A stretch of 64,000 nucleotides of DNA from positions 15,388,850-15,452,849 of the forward strand of contig NC_068992.1 of NCBI RefSeq assembly GCF_001194135.2. Reading direction: 5' to 3'. Position numbers and translations under genes: made by a program. Numbering within the stretch: the stretch's first letter is position 1; the number at the start of each line of letters is the position of its first letter. Of this stretch, positions 50,814 through 63,630 are shown piece by piece. Under the pieces are notes generated by a model. It was not told the origin of the DNA and did not search any database. It was given only the letters and a program-made list of their open reading frames with translations. The stretch comes from Octopus bimaculoides. Its lineage: Eukaryota.

Positions 50814-52938
50814 GCCTTTGCACAGCTTCTGACCCTGGAGATGTACTACGGTATCAGCTGTTCACTATCAGTGAACTAAGGTAACAGCCTTATTTTTCGA
50901 GCACCTTCCGGAGTATTCGAGCGGTTCTAAGCAGTGCTGTTGTCTGCAAGTGCTCCACGTTTATTGCAGCCTCTATTTGTTCCATGTACGCCTCAAAATT
51001 TTTATTCACTGTTCCCAGGGCTCCGACAATTATTGGTACTACTACCACCTTTTTCAGCGACCACAACTGCTTAACCTCCCAAGCTAACCTGTCATATCTA
51101 ACGACTTTTCTTTTTTCCTTATCGCATACCTTGTTGTCAGCTGGGCATGCTATATCTATCATCCAGCATAGTTTGCTTTTTTTTCTCAATTAACACTATG
51201 TCTGGCTTCCTATTCTCTATCTCATGGTCGCACTGAATCATAAAATTCCACAGGATCTTTTCATGATCATTTTCGACAATGCCATCAGGTTTGTGGTCGT
51301 ACCAAATTATTGCTCTCTCAAGTCCATATTTGTTGCAAAGTGTCCAATGGACAAGCCTTGCTATATTGTCGTGGCGTCTCTTATATTCCTTTTGGGCTAG
51401 TAGCGTATATTGACTGGCAATATGCCATACTGTTTCACCATTTTGTCCGCAAATTCTGCACTTATCACTTTCTGATGTGTTGTCTATTCTGTATTTTATG
51501 TAATTTGTTCTTAGTGCTTGCTCTTGGGCAGCACAGATTATAGCCTCTGTTTCCGGTTATAAATTAATTTTAGTCATCCACGGACATCTTTTTTCTCTGT
51601 CTATCTTATCTTCAGCATCCCTATGAAATTGTCCTTGCATTCTTTTCTTTACCCACCTATTTTCAGTTTCATTCGTTTTCAATTCCTTGTCCAGTGCTTT
51701 ATCTTTGCAATCTTCCATCCTACACAAACCTGTCCTTCTCACTTCTAGTAATAGCAGTTCTGTGACATTTTGTCCATACCATGCTATGTTGTTTTCTTCT
51801 GTTCTAACGCTGTGTTCGCATCCAATAAGTCCTCTTCCCTCCTCTTTTTCTTGGCACATACAGTCTCTCTGTGCCACGTTTTGGATGGAGTGGCTCACAT
51901 CTAGTTAGCAACTTCCTTGTCTTTCTGTCTAAGCTTCTTAGTTTGTCTACTGTCCATGCGATTACTCCTGCTCCATATCTAAGGAATGAAACCGTTCAGG
52001 TGTTGATAACTTCAATCTTATTCTGTCCGTTTAATTTCTATTTCAGGTTTAGTCTCAGTCTGCGTAAGTACTCCACCTTAAATTTTTCTGTCATTTCTTT
52101 CTGCATCAATTTATCCATTTCCAAAGTCCCCAAGTACTTATAGCCATCTCTTCTATCTGCTTCATAACCTCCCCCCGACGGTATCGTTAGTCCGTCCATA
52201 CATTTGATTTTGTCTCTCTTCAATACTAACACACCACACTTTCTCAGCCCGAACTCCATTCTGATATCAACACTGAAAGTATACACCGTATCAATGAGGG
52301 AACTAACTTGGAATTCAACTTTACCATAAAGTTTGAGGTCATCCATGAATAACAAATGGTTGACATTTTGTTGGCGGCTTTTGAATACATACCCAGCTTT
52401 TGCTTTCCTCAGAATCAGTGATAGTGGTATCAAGCACAGTACAAAGATCGGTGGGGACAGGCAGTCTTCTTGAAAGATGCCCCTCCTAATTTTAACTGTC
52501 CCTAAACTTCTTCCGTGTGTTGTTAGGTTCCTTCTCCAATTCGCCGTACTCTTTCCAAGCAATCGCTCAACTTTCGATGCAATACCAAATAGGTTGAAAC
52601 ATTCCATAAGTCAAGAATATAGGATCATATCGTACGCCTTAGTTATGTTTCCTCCTCTTGCAGTCTCTAAGTACAGTTTTGTCTATCAGGAGTCGGTCCT
52701 TGGTACCTCTCCACTTACGCTTACAGCCATTCTGTTCATGTGGCAGGACTTCATTTTTTTTTCTAGATGTTCGTACATTGACTGTGCGAGTATCCCAGTC
52801 AATAATTTCCACATAAGTGTCAAACAGGATACCGGCCTGTAATTGGCTATCGTATTACCCTTTTCCATGTTTTTCAAGCACAGCAGTCCTACCCAATGTC
52901 AACCACTCTGGTGTTACTTGGTCGGCATTTAACAAAGT
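50814..52938 (-). mobile_element. 5'-truncated, decayed R4/Dong-clade non-LTR retrotransposon (RT, CCHC knuckle, restriction-like endonuclease)
   Basis: NYRPVSCL; RRGIFQEDCLSP; HLLFMDDLKL; YKYLG; CRICGQNGETVWHIAS; KRRHDNIA; KPDIVL...IDIACP; VVPIIVGALG...TARILRKVLEK; stop at 50890; 3' end abuts (AAT)n. Several stops and frameshifts. Confidence 0.92.
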
Positions 52939-52987
52939 GTTGATCGTATCAACTGAAACCCTCGTCGTCGCAACCGCCGGAGTGCCA
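52939..52987 (+). mobile_element. 3'-terminal 49 nt of OR-like SINE
   Basis: gttgatcgtatcaactgaaaccctcgtcgtcgcaaccgccggagtgcca aligns with 13513-13560; followed by a short (GTAT)n. Confidence 0.85.
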
Positions 52988-53688
52988 GTATGTATGTATG
53001 ATCCCTTCTAGCTTATGTTTGACATATTTTAGTCATCATTGTCTGCTTCGACTTGAAGAACTGCTATCAATTGTGCCGTTTTTGCTCCTACCAATTTTAC
53101 ATCATTTATTCTTGCTTGCTTTGATCCTGCTTCAGACGTCAATATTATTTAAATAGACTTCACACCTTCACTTTACACCTCAATAAATAGATAAGGTGCA
53201 GAAAGATAGAGAGAGAGGTGAGAGATGGAGAAAGAGATAGAAGCAGAGAGAGAGAGGGGGGGGAGATGGAAGTTATGAAGGCGTGAGATCATTTGTCGCC
53301 GTATCAAATCACTTTGGGAATTTTTGGTATCTTTTTATGGATATTACATTACTGAGATGTTTGATAATTTGCATTTCAAACTTTTCATGTCCACACACAC
53401 ACACACACACACACAGATTCACAAACACACAAATTTACAAACATATATATATATCTACTTACACAAATACATAGCTTAATATGTGAGCAGATTTATGTAT
53501 GTACATACGAATTTATATGTATATATATTCATATATATGTGTTTGTATATATATATATATATGTGTGTGTCTGTGTTCGTATACTTTTATATATGTATAT
53601 TTGTAAAGGTGTTTATATATACATATATATATATGTATAATTATATATATATCTGTTTATTTGTAAGTGTGTATATATATATATATGC

Positions 53689-53728
<40 letters not shown>

Positions 53729-54187
53729 TATGTACGTATCTATGTACGTCTGTATGTACCTATATGTTATACATATGCGTAACTGATGTACATATATTTG
53801 TTTAGAATACGCAAATACACACAAAAAACACATCGCGCATATAGTTATTATATAAAAAAAGATAAACGTTTATATTTTTGGATTCGTACGTATGAACACA
53901 AAACAGTTTTGGTATGAAAGAGATAAAAGTTATCTTTCCATACGCATCATAGTTGAATCATAATGTGTAGAATATTTGCTAAGTTGACCAAATTTTACAT
54001 CGCTGCCATTTCTAAGGGTATGGTCGACACCCACACTCATATCTAAATATAAAATAGGGTGTTGGAGTTTGTGTACGTCTGGTTGAATATGCTTTTTTAA
54101 GGTACGTTTAGTTAAGATAGATATATAATCAAAATACACAAATAACTATATTATAATGTTTTTAAAGTGAACTCTGCAATAGCCGTA

Positions 54188-54398
54188 TACAAGGGATGAG
54201 AAAAAATGTTCTTGGCTTTAAGGGTTTCACAAAATGCCTAGTTGGAGGGCCAACCATCCGAGTCTTTTTACAGGTCTTAGAAAAACGGAAGGACGGGTGT
54301 AATAAGTGTGTGAATCTGAGTGGGAGATATGTTGAATAAAATTATAATGAAGTGGTTCTCTTGAATTACTAAAAGCCAGGCAATTTTCAACACCCCTG

Positions 54399-54401
<3 letters not shown>
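54188..54401 (+). mobile_element. Mariner-derived MITE (internally deleted)
   Basis: TA + caagggatgagaaaaaatgttcttggcttt and aaagccaggcaattttcaacacccctgg are imperfect inverted repeats; the interior encodes a mariner-like C-terminus [15 protein letters not shown]. Confidence 0.8.
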
Positions 54402-54431
<30 letters not shown>

Positions 54432-54432
54432 C

Positions 54433-54517
<85 letters not shown>

Positions 54518-54619
54518 TAAATACACACACGTGTGTGTGCGTGCGAGTGTGTTTGTGTCTGTATACATGTATATGTGTATATATATATGTATGTATATGT
54601 GTATATATATATATATGTA

Positions 54620-54666
<47 letters not shown>

Positions 54667-54972
54667 TATTGTTCCGTGATGGTACATATATACATATATA
54701 TACATATATTTGGATACATACATAAATATAAATGTATATATACATATATATATAAGCATACTACATAAATATATATATATATATATATGCATATGTGCAG
54801 ATGTATGTGTGCGCGCTTGTGCACGCGTGTATGCGTGTATGTGTGTGTGTATATAGAGAGTGTGGGAAGTTAATGAAAAGAAAGCAGCCAACACAGATTG
54901 GCAAGTTTTAAAAATATTGTGCTAGAGTAGTCTTTGTTAATAAACACTGTTCCTTTATCACAACAAAAGTAT

Positions 54973-55337
54973 GTGTTGTTGTTGGCACTCCCTCGCTTAC
55001 GACGTCGAGGGTTCCAGTTGATCCGATCAACAGAACAGCCTGCTCGTGAAATTAACGTGCAAGTGGCTGAGCACTCCACAGACACGTGTACCCGTAACGT
55101 AGTTCTCGGGGATATTCAGCGTGACACAGCGTGACAAGGCTGACCCTTTGAATTACAGGTACAACAGAAAACAGGAAGTAAGAGTACAGCAGGGTTCACC
55201 GCCATCCCCTGCCGGAGCCTCGTGGAGCTTTAGGTGTTTTCGCTCAATAAACACTCACAACGCCCGGTCTGAGAATCGAAACCGCGATCCTATGACTGCG
55301 AGTCCGCTGCCCTAACCACTGGGCCATTGCGCCTCCA
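54973..55337 (-). mobile_element. Full-length OR-like SINE with 14-bp target-site duplication
   Basis: TSD cacaacaaaagtat at 54959-54972 and 55338-55351; A and B boxes; (CAA)n tail. Confidence 0.95.
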
Positions 55338-57429
55338 CACAACAAAAGTATAGAAGGAAGCAAACGAGAAATGTGAAAGAGGAAACGTAATTGAGAAGAG
55401 TAAGAGTGGCTACGAAAGGCGACTGTCTATGCGCCAGGTGAGAACGAGGTTCTGTATAGCGGAGTTAAAAAGGAGGAACGTATCCTTTTTTGAGATGGCA
55501 GAATTTCTGTCTGTATGGTTTGTAGTGTGCGTATATGTGTACCTGTATGTACAGGTACAGTGGCAAAGGAGCGTGGTTTAGTGTGAATGTGGGATGTTGG
55601 TGAGTGCCATCGTTGATTCTATGAAAGTTAAACGTAGACGTACGGAGACGAAAGCGGGTGAGCGTGTGAGTTAAAAGGGAAGGAGAGAGGAATGTAAGGG
55701 ATTTGGAGTATATCTAGGGGTATATGTGTGAGAGAGTGTAATATGGAAGTTATGTACAAGAAGGAAAAATAGGGTTCAATACATGTCCAACAAAAAGATG
55801 TTTGCTCTGTGAGGGAAGAAAATTAGTGAGGTACGTAGAGGCGTAAGAAGAATGTGGTAGAGGTGAATGTAAAACGTATAAACGAAGATGGGGAGGAAAA
55901 CAGAAAAGCAAAACAAGAAAAAGGAGAAAAATTTTTTAAATGGAAAAGCGAGTTCAAGGAGAGAAAATTATAATAAATATGATAAATATAAGCTTTTAAC
56001 ATTAAAGGGATTCTTTTACTTGATCATACACAGCATGCAAATAGTTTTGTTTTTCTTTTTCACCTTTCGTTCACCACGAAGACAAAAGACAGAAAACCGC
56101 TTGTCTTGGAATATATCAGCTACATATCTCCTAAGTCTCAGCCCACTGGGATTGCATATGCAACATTAATGGCAATAAATTCTCTCATTTCCGTTTAACT
56201 GCAGTCAAATCACCAATCTTAGGCAAAAAAAAAAAAACAAGAAAACAGGTTCGTGTTAGCTGACATAATATGAACGCAGATTTCCGAATGAGAGAGGTCA
56301 AACGATTTGAGAAAGCAAGATAACGCAACTGGTGTTGGAAAATGCTGCTATTCGTTGCTACGCCATCAGAACTTTATCAGAAAGTGCATATATGCGTGTA
56401 TACAGGAAGCGTTAATCTTAATATTCTGCTTGATTTGTTCGTTTCATTCCAGCTCTGGCTACTAAAAATCTTTGATTTATCACCTATCAACAAGTCGATA
56501 ACAAAAACAAGTGAAAGAAGCAAAGAGAGAAATGAAGAAGGAAAGAGGGGAAGGAAAGAAGAAGGAAAGAATATTTATTGTTAAGCAACATTTATCAAAA
56601 TACTTCTCTCGGAATTTTGCGGCACCATTCTATCCAAAGGTAAGTAGTAACATTTGTCAAAATGACAGACACATTCTCAACAAAAAAAAAGCAAACAGAT
56701 AATTTTAAAATACGTAAAACGGAAACATTAATTTTTTTTTTTTTTTTTTAGATATATATAGAATAAATGACCCTTCCTAAAGTTAGTGACCATGAAATGA
56801 AATTGAGAGATCAGACAGACTGGGTAACATATCGAATAAAATCCCATGCAGCATATATGTCTCCTTGCCCCCTCGTGTTCAAAATATGGTAGGGACGATT
56901 TTGAAATTCCATCTTATCCAGGATTATAAAATCACATACAGGTACAGCATCTATGTTCCAGAACCAAAGGTACTGGAATCCAAAGGTGGGTGGGGGTCTG
57001 AACCAAAGTTATAAAACTTAAATAAAGGTTTCTGTGCAATAATAAAAATTAACACGGATTATAAGAGGATTAAGACCAACGTTAAACCGTACTTGATTTT
57101 GTGGCTGCTGCGAAATCATATCTGGTCGAGTATTCCTATGATGAAAGACATTCTAAATATGGCCTTCCTTGTCAGCTTATATAGCTAGGAGCCCTAGATA
57201 AAAGTGACCTTCCGTTTTTTATTTTAAGGAGGGAGGATTTGATTTGAAGGAAGATTTGACTGCTATTTTTAGCAGGCAGTGGTTCAGGCGATGACTTACA
57301 CAAGTAGCTACTGTTGTTGTTGTTGTTTCGCCCCAGTTTAACCCTGACCGAGCATACAATCCTTTTTATTACCTATTGTGCCCCTAGTTTAAAATAAAAG
57401 TTGGGAGCAAATGGCACATAGCTGCTCTG

Positions 57430-57770
57430 TTTAGTAGTAGTAGTAGTAGTAGTAACAATAGCAGTAGTAGTAGCGGTAGTAGTAACAATAGCAGCTGTTA
57501 TAGTAGTAGTAGTAGTAACAATAGCAGTCGTGGTAGTAGTAACAAAAGCAACTGTTATAGTAGTAGTAGTAATAGTAACAATAGCAGCTATAGTAGTAGT
57601 AGTAGTAATAGTAGTAGTAGTAGTAACAATAGCAGTAGTGGTAGTAGTAACAAAAGCAGCTGTTATAGTAGTAGTAGTAATAGTAACAATAGCAGCTATA
57701 GTAGTAGTAGTAGTAATAGTAGTAGTAGTAACAATAGCAGCTGTTATAGTAGTAGCAGTAGTAAGTCATA
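57430..57770. repeat. (TAG/TAA)n compound microsatellite with a ~110-bp higher-order duplication
   Basis: The block gtagtaacaaaagca(a/g)ctgttatagtagtagtagtaatagtaacaatagcagctatag occurs twice (about 57535 and 57643). Confidence 0.85.
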
Positions 57771-60705
57771 CACTTACTGTTCGCCAGCGATGGCATTAAA
57801 ACTTGCTTCACTAATTTTGCTTGCACTAGATATCTTTCAATAAATTTTCAAAGGGAATTCCAAGATTATCTAAGCAAAGTCTTATCTACACAACATAAGA
57901 ACGAACCAATTTTTGGAAATTAATCAAAGATTGACTTCTTTCGATCGTTCTTGTCTTTATCTCATTCTCTGACTTCCATTCTGTTTCATCTCTCTCTCTT
58001 TGCTCTCCTGTCTCTCTCCCTCATGTCCCTTCTCACTTTTTCTCTCACACCCTCTCTAAACCTCTCTCCTTTTCTTACGTGTTCTCTATCTCTCCCACGC
58101 CTTCTACCCCCCCCCCCCTCTTTTACTCACTCTTTATTTGTTCCAAACTTTCTCCTTCTCACTGTCATCTTTTAACTGCGTATTTCCTCTATTCCTCTCT
58201 GTCGCTCTCACTTTCTTTTTGCTGCACACTCTTTAGTTAACAATGTTGCACTACATGAAACGCATTGCCCGACATATATTTGCGTTTTGCGATGTTAGAT
58301 TTAGTGTTCAAATAAAACACCCACTTGATAGTGTGCAGCTACCGTTTTTCTAGTACCTTTTATACTGATGGATAATATGCCAGCTATGCAAGCTAAATAA
58401 ATGAAAATGTACAAGAGGCGACTGCAACTTCTATCAAGTTTCTTCACTAATAATACAATGAACACAGAAACCGATGTCCAAGCTACCAGACGATGAGAAG
58501 GTAAGCATCTATGCGGTCGGTCCACTTGCTAGAAATAACTGCAGAATTTTATTCAAAACTCGCTATGCAGCATTTTCTAAAAGGAAACCTTGGATAATCC
58601 TAGCTTGGTGAGCCTAGCTTCATTTTATCCATGAACATGCAGGATTCAAGGCAGATATACTTTAAACATAGCTTTGAAAATTCAAAGGTGACCTCTGATG
58701 AATCAAACTGACCTAAGCCTAAGCAACAACAGCAGTAACATTAACAAGGGGGATATGAACGCATTATGACAAATTTGTGTTCCATACTTGAGGGTTTCAC
58801 AAAATAAATTGCTAGTTTTTCAGATTTCTGCTTGTCTAGTACGTGACGAAGTGAGGCTCCTTGAAAACTGAAGAAATTACACTATGGAAGATCCACTTTG
58901 ACCAGTGTGTGTGATTAGGTCTCCGTCATGCGATGGAAATTTCTTCACCGTATGAAATAAATGAAAATGTGATTTTCATAGTATGTGCATGTCATTAAAT
59001 TATCAAGTATTTCCAGATTTCTGTGAAGGTAATTATGGAATAGACGAAAATAAAGAGTAGGACAGGAGGGTGAGCCCACAGCAGTCATTTGATTTTAGGG
59101 TCTCCTACCTATAATCCAAACATTGTATTTGTTTACAGTGCGTTAAACCTCCTAGAATAAATTGTTTCAGTCTATTTTTTTTATGGTAAGACGTCTGTGG
59201 TTCAGATTGCAGACAGTATATATTAGTTGTTTTGTGCAATTACTTGTTGAATGTAAACCTTACCATGCACAGATATCTACAGGCATATGTACATCCTCTC
59301 CTTCTATGAGAGATCTCCATTTCTTTGCTATATTTCTTTTATTCATATTTATTCTTTTTTTCTGAAAGCTACAATTGTATTGTTATAAAAAAAAAGTGTA
59401 TGAAGTAACGATTTCTAGTTGCTCTTTAGAAACAGAGAAACCTTATTTTTAAGATATGAGAAACTGTGAAATGTGTTCTTACGATTTAACATGAGAATGA
59501 TTGGTGGCAGTAATGGGAAGTCAAAAGAGAATTGTATAAATTCTGCCAACTCTGAGATAAAAATATGTTTTTAACTCGTTTACACGAATCGAAATACCAG
59601 GCTTCACAACGTCCACTTCACATATTTTATCCAGTTATAAATGAACAAAGAATACAACTTCCGGTTAAAAGAATGTTGACTATCTAATCAACGGTGGTTC
59701 TAAATACTCTCGGTCACGCCACTTAATCACTTAATCGCCTTTAAAGCCATTTATAAAGCTACAGATAAACACTTCGTGTAGAAACCGCACAAACGTTTTT
59801 ATGAATGTAGGTACTGACTTAGTATTCGGTGATTCACAACATTGATTTCATATTCTCGTTTAGACTTAACATCTAGAGCAAAACTTCAACACTGCTGTTG
59901 TATTTAAGACTTTCCATTTCATTTAACCATCTTGTTACAAGACAGTCTACGTAAATGAGTTAACTAAACATTATTAGCATCGTTGGAGATACACATTCCG
60001 TAAATTGTTAGAAATAAATAAGAAAAATAAAAAAAACAGCTTCCTTGTCACTGTTGCGTGAAATAAAGTAAGTTCTACCATTTACAAAATTTACAGCATT
60101 TACAATAGACATCTCTGTCCAAGACATACTGAATGTTATCTAAAAATACCAAACCGTACATCCAGTCCGTTTTATTTCTTTACATTGCAATTCTTGGTAA
60201 TACAAATAATCACCAGCTTAAAGAATTTTCTAACGACGTCTAAATGATTAAGTGACCATCACAAATTTGCTATCAATAAATAAAACAGAAAATAAACAGA
60301 GCTCTTTTACGAATATGATGTTTCCTTGTATCACAATTCTGCATAATATATTTTCCTTTTTGCTTTATTTATTACATATAATGAGAATCGTCATTATAGA
60401 AACAGACAGCCATTACAATATCTGGCAGACATTACAGAACGGACAGAGTTTCTTAAGCATTTATTTATCTACTGAATTATTGTGTGTGTGTGAGTGTGTG
60501 TGTGTGCGTGAGTGTTTGTAGCTGTTACTTTGATAATTTCATTACTGACGATTAAAACAAATACTTCACAATCGTCCTAATGTCAATCTCATTCATTACA
60601 TATTATAGGCAATAAATTATGTTATGTCGGCAAGGAGGGGAATTCCATACATACATACATACATACACACATGTATATATATAAAAACTTGCATACATAC
60701 ATGTC

Positions 60706-60743
<38 letters not shown>

Positions 60744-60784
60744 ATATACTTTTCGTAATGAGATAAAAATAAAATCAAGGCTGA

Positions 60785-61050
60785 GTATAATATAGAACAG
60801 TTATAAATCCAATGTCTTACAGCTGTTTCCAGGATATTTATTATATCTCTTCCTCGGAGACGTTGTGAGAGGATGATTAAGTTTAGTTAAGATAGGAAAT
60901 ATAGATATATATTTCCTATCTTATATTTTCTATCTTAACTAAACTAACTATTGTTTAATCATCCTCTCACACCGTCTCCGATGAAGGAATATAATAATCA
61001 TCCTGGAAACAGCTGTAAGACATTCGATTTATAAATGTTCTATATTATAC
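60785..61050. repeat. 266-bp imperfect palindrome of a Penelope-type terminal repeat with a hammerhead-like motif in each arm
   Basis: Left arm gtataatatagaac...tgtcttacagctgtttccagga...cggagac...gtgagaggatgattaa; the right arm is its reverse complement; centre near 60905. Confidence 0.85.
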
Positions 61051-61228
61051 CTACCCTTGGTTATTTATCTCATGACGAAAAGTATATCCGATATTCACAC
61101 GTTGATTTATGACCTGCGTTGGACCCTTTATTTACCGAACCTGGAGCTTAACTGGTCTAGCCATAGCACTTACTCAGCATTCCCTGAAACCAACATCTGG
61201 GTCTAACTGACACCACTATCGCTCATAA

Positions 61229-61278
<50 letters not shown>

Positions 61279-61494
61279 TACATATATATAATTGAAGAAT
61301 TGAGAGTTAGAGAGTTAGAGAGTTGGTAAGGATATGCTGCCAGTATGTAAATAAATTAATTCTATATCCTTCCCAATTCTCCATTCTTCTTCTTGAATCA
61401 TATTTATATTTATAATTATCCCATATATATCGAAGAGATATTCCTCAACAGTGTTGGAGATTAAACCAGTGAAATTTCGGATATTAGAGAGAGG

Positions 61495-61547
<53 letters not shown>

Positions 61548-62119
61548 AGAGAGAGAGAGAAGGGAAAAGATGTAGAGAGAATACAACTTGTATAGAGTTC
61601 AAAAGTTGACAGTTCAAACGAGCTATCTGTACATTTGATGGGTTGTGTGGTTATTAGAATCATCAAGACTTTCGAAGAATTCATCCGTTTGATGGGGCTA
61701 GTGGTGATATATATGTATATAAATATCTTTAAAACAAATTTCATACGGAGTAAAAAACTTTTACTTTCTAAGCAAAGTCGGATCAAATGTTAACCAAGAT
61801 AAATACTTTTAATCAATTTCCTCGTGGCAATGATTCTGCATCAAATCAGCCACAGTTTCCCAAGAATTAGAAATATTATCAGTTCGCAATCAAGCATACC
61901 ATAATGTGTTTTATCACACGGATTGGAGTGAATGCCATTGAAGTAATCAGTTGTTCGATACTGACAATTTGTCTGTGATTTCTTGGAATTCTGCAAGCTA
62001 AATATCGTTTATCAATTTACTCTGCTTTAAATGAATAACTTCACTTCTAAGAACTCTTCAACTTTGAACGCTGTAAATATGGTACGCTGGTATGCTGATA
62101 TATGTATTGATGTTGTGTC

Positions 62120-62413
62120 GGGGGGGCACATGGCCTAGTAGCTAGAGCAGCGGACTCGCGGTCGAGGGATTGCGGGTTCCAATCTCAGACTGGGAGATGT
62201 GTGTGTTTATGAGCGAAGCACCTAAACTCCACGCCGCTTCGGCAGAAGGTAACGACGAACTTCTGCTGACTCTTTTGCCACAACTTTCACTCTTTCCACC
62301 TACATCGAACAGCTCACCTACGATGGACCGGCGTCCCGTCCAGGTGGGGGACTTATACGCCAATGAAACCGGGGACACCTGGCCTTATGAGCCAGGTATA
62401 GCTCAAAAAGGAA
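62120..62413 (+). mobile_element. OR-like SINE with the same tRNA head as 13185 but a different 3' tail
   Basis: Head atggcctagtagctagagcagcggactcgcggtcg; tail gatggaccggcgtcccgtccagg...gaaaccgggg...ccttatgagcc. Confidence 0.8.
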
Positions 62414-62528
62414 CAGGTAACAGCATATACATACATACATATATATACACATATATATGTACAGAGATAGATAGGATACACAAATTTATGTGCATGCATA
62501 TATATGTATGTATAATATATGTATATCT

Positions 62529-62566
<38 letters not shown>

Positions 62567-63444
62567 NNNNNNNNNNNNNNNNNNNNNNNNNNNNNNNNNN
62601 NNNNNNNNNNNNNNNNNNNNNNNNNNNNNNNNNNNNNNNNNNNNNNNNNNNNNNNNNNNNNNNNNNGACAGACAGACAGACAGACAGACAGACAGATAGA
62701 TATGGAAATGTGATTGACAAGTTAATTTTTTATCAAACGATAATCTCTATAATACAAATTTTAAATTGACATATCAGAAAATACGTCATTTCCAAATAAT
62801 GTCTATTCTGTTTTTTCTTTGTTTCTTTTTTCTGTTGTTACGATAAGAAGAATGTTACATTTTATTATGTACGGCGTGGAATAATTTGTCATAGCGAATT
62901 TCTTGCCTCACTTAATAAGTTTTTTTCGAATTCTTAACTATGTCATTTGTTGTTAATTTAATTAACTGTTATTTATGCTTCCGTAATTTCCAATCGCTAT
63001 TTCCTTCGTCACATTTCTTTTTGTTTTCTACAATTTTATCTTAAAATTACATGGTGCTGTACATAGCTTCGAGATGTTGCAATTTTAATTATTCTTATTT
63101 GATTGTAGGTGTACATATTCTCATGTACGTTATATTTATAGACAACGGACATGACAATCGATAAATGAGTCGATGGTGAAATCTATAGGCGGTCACATAA
63201 ACTGCTAGAAATATCACTCGGTTCAGATCTCTCATAAATCATATTCAAACGTCTGAAATAATGAGGAATACATTGGACAACATAGTTTGCGGTTTACGTA
63301 AAGACGACATCGTGGTCGTAGGAAATATTTATTGATCTAATCGATTATATCTCATCTGATTTTAAACAATGACAACATAAAAAAGAAAAACATGAACAAA
63401 AATAACTAATATTCGATATAATTATCCCTTATTTTTTCCTCCCA

Positions 63445-63630
63445 TTTCAGTCATTAGACTGTGGCCATGTTGGGGCACAGCCTTGAAGAATCTTTATTCG
63501 AAAGAATCAATCCCAGTACTTATTTTTTAAGGCATGTTCTTACTCTATCTGGCTTGCTGCCAAACCGCTAAGTTATGGGGACGTAAACACACCAACAACG
63601 GTTGTCAAGTAGTAATGCGGGACAAACACC
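63445..63630 (-). mobile_element. 3' module of CORE-like composite SINE
   Basis: tttcagtcattagactgtggccatg...ccgctaagttatggggacgtaaacacacc...ggttgtcaag. Confidence 0.85.

Larger units (their letters stand above)
3433..62666. other. Nine assembly gaps (N runs): 3433-3724, 10284-11123, 18670-18972, 27535-27908, 31277-31292, 33694-34206, 36079-36507, 47567-47969, 62567-62666
   Basis: Each N run touches a (TA)n or similar simple repeat on at least one side, as expected for short-read scaffolding failures at long microsatellites. Confidence 0.95.
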
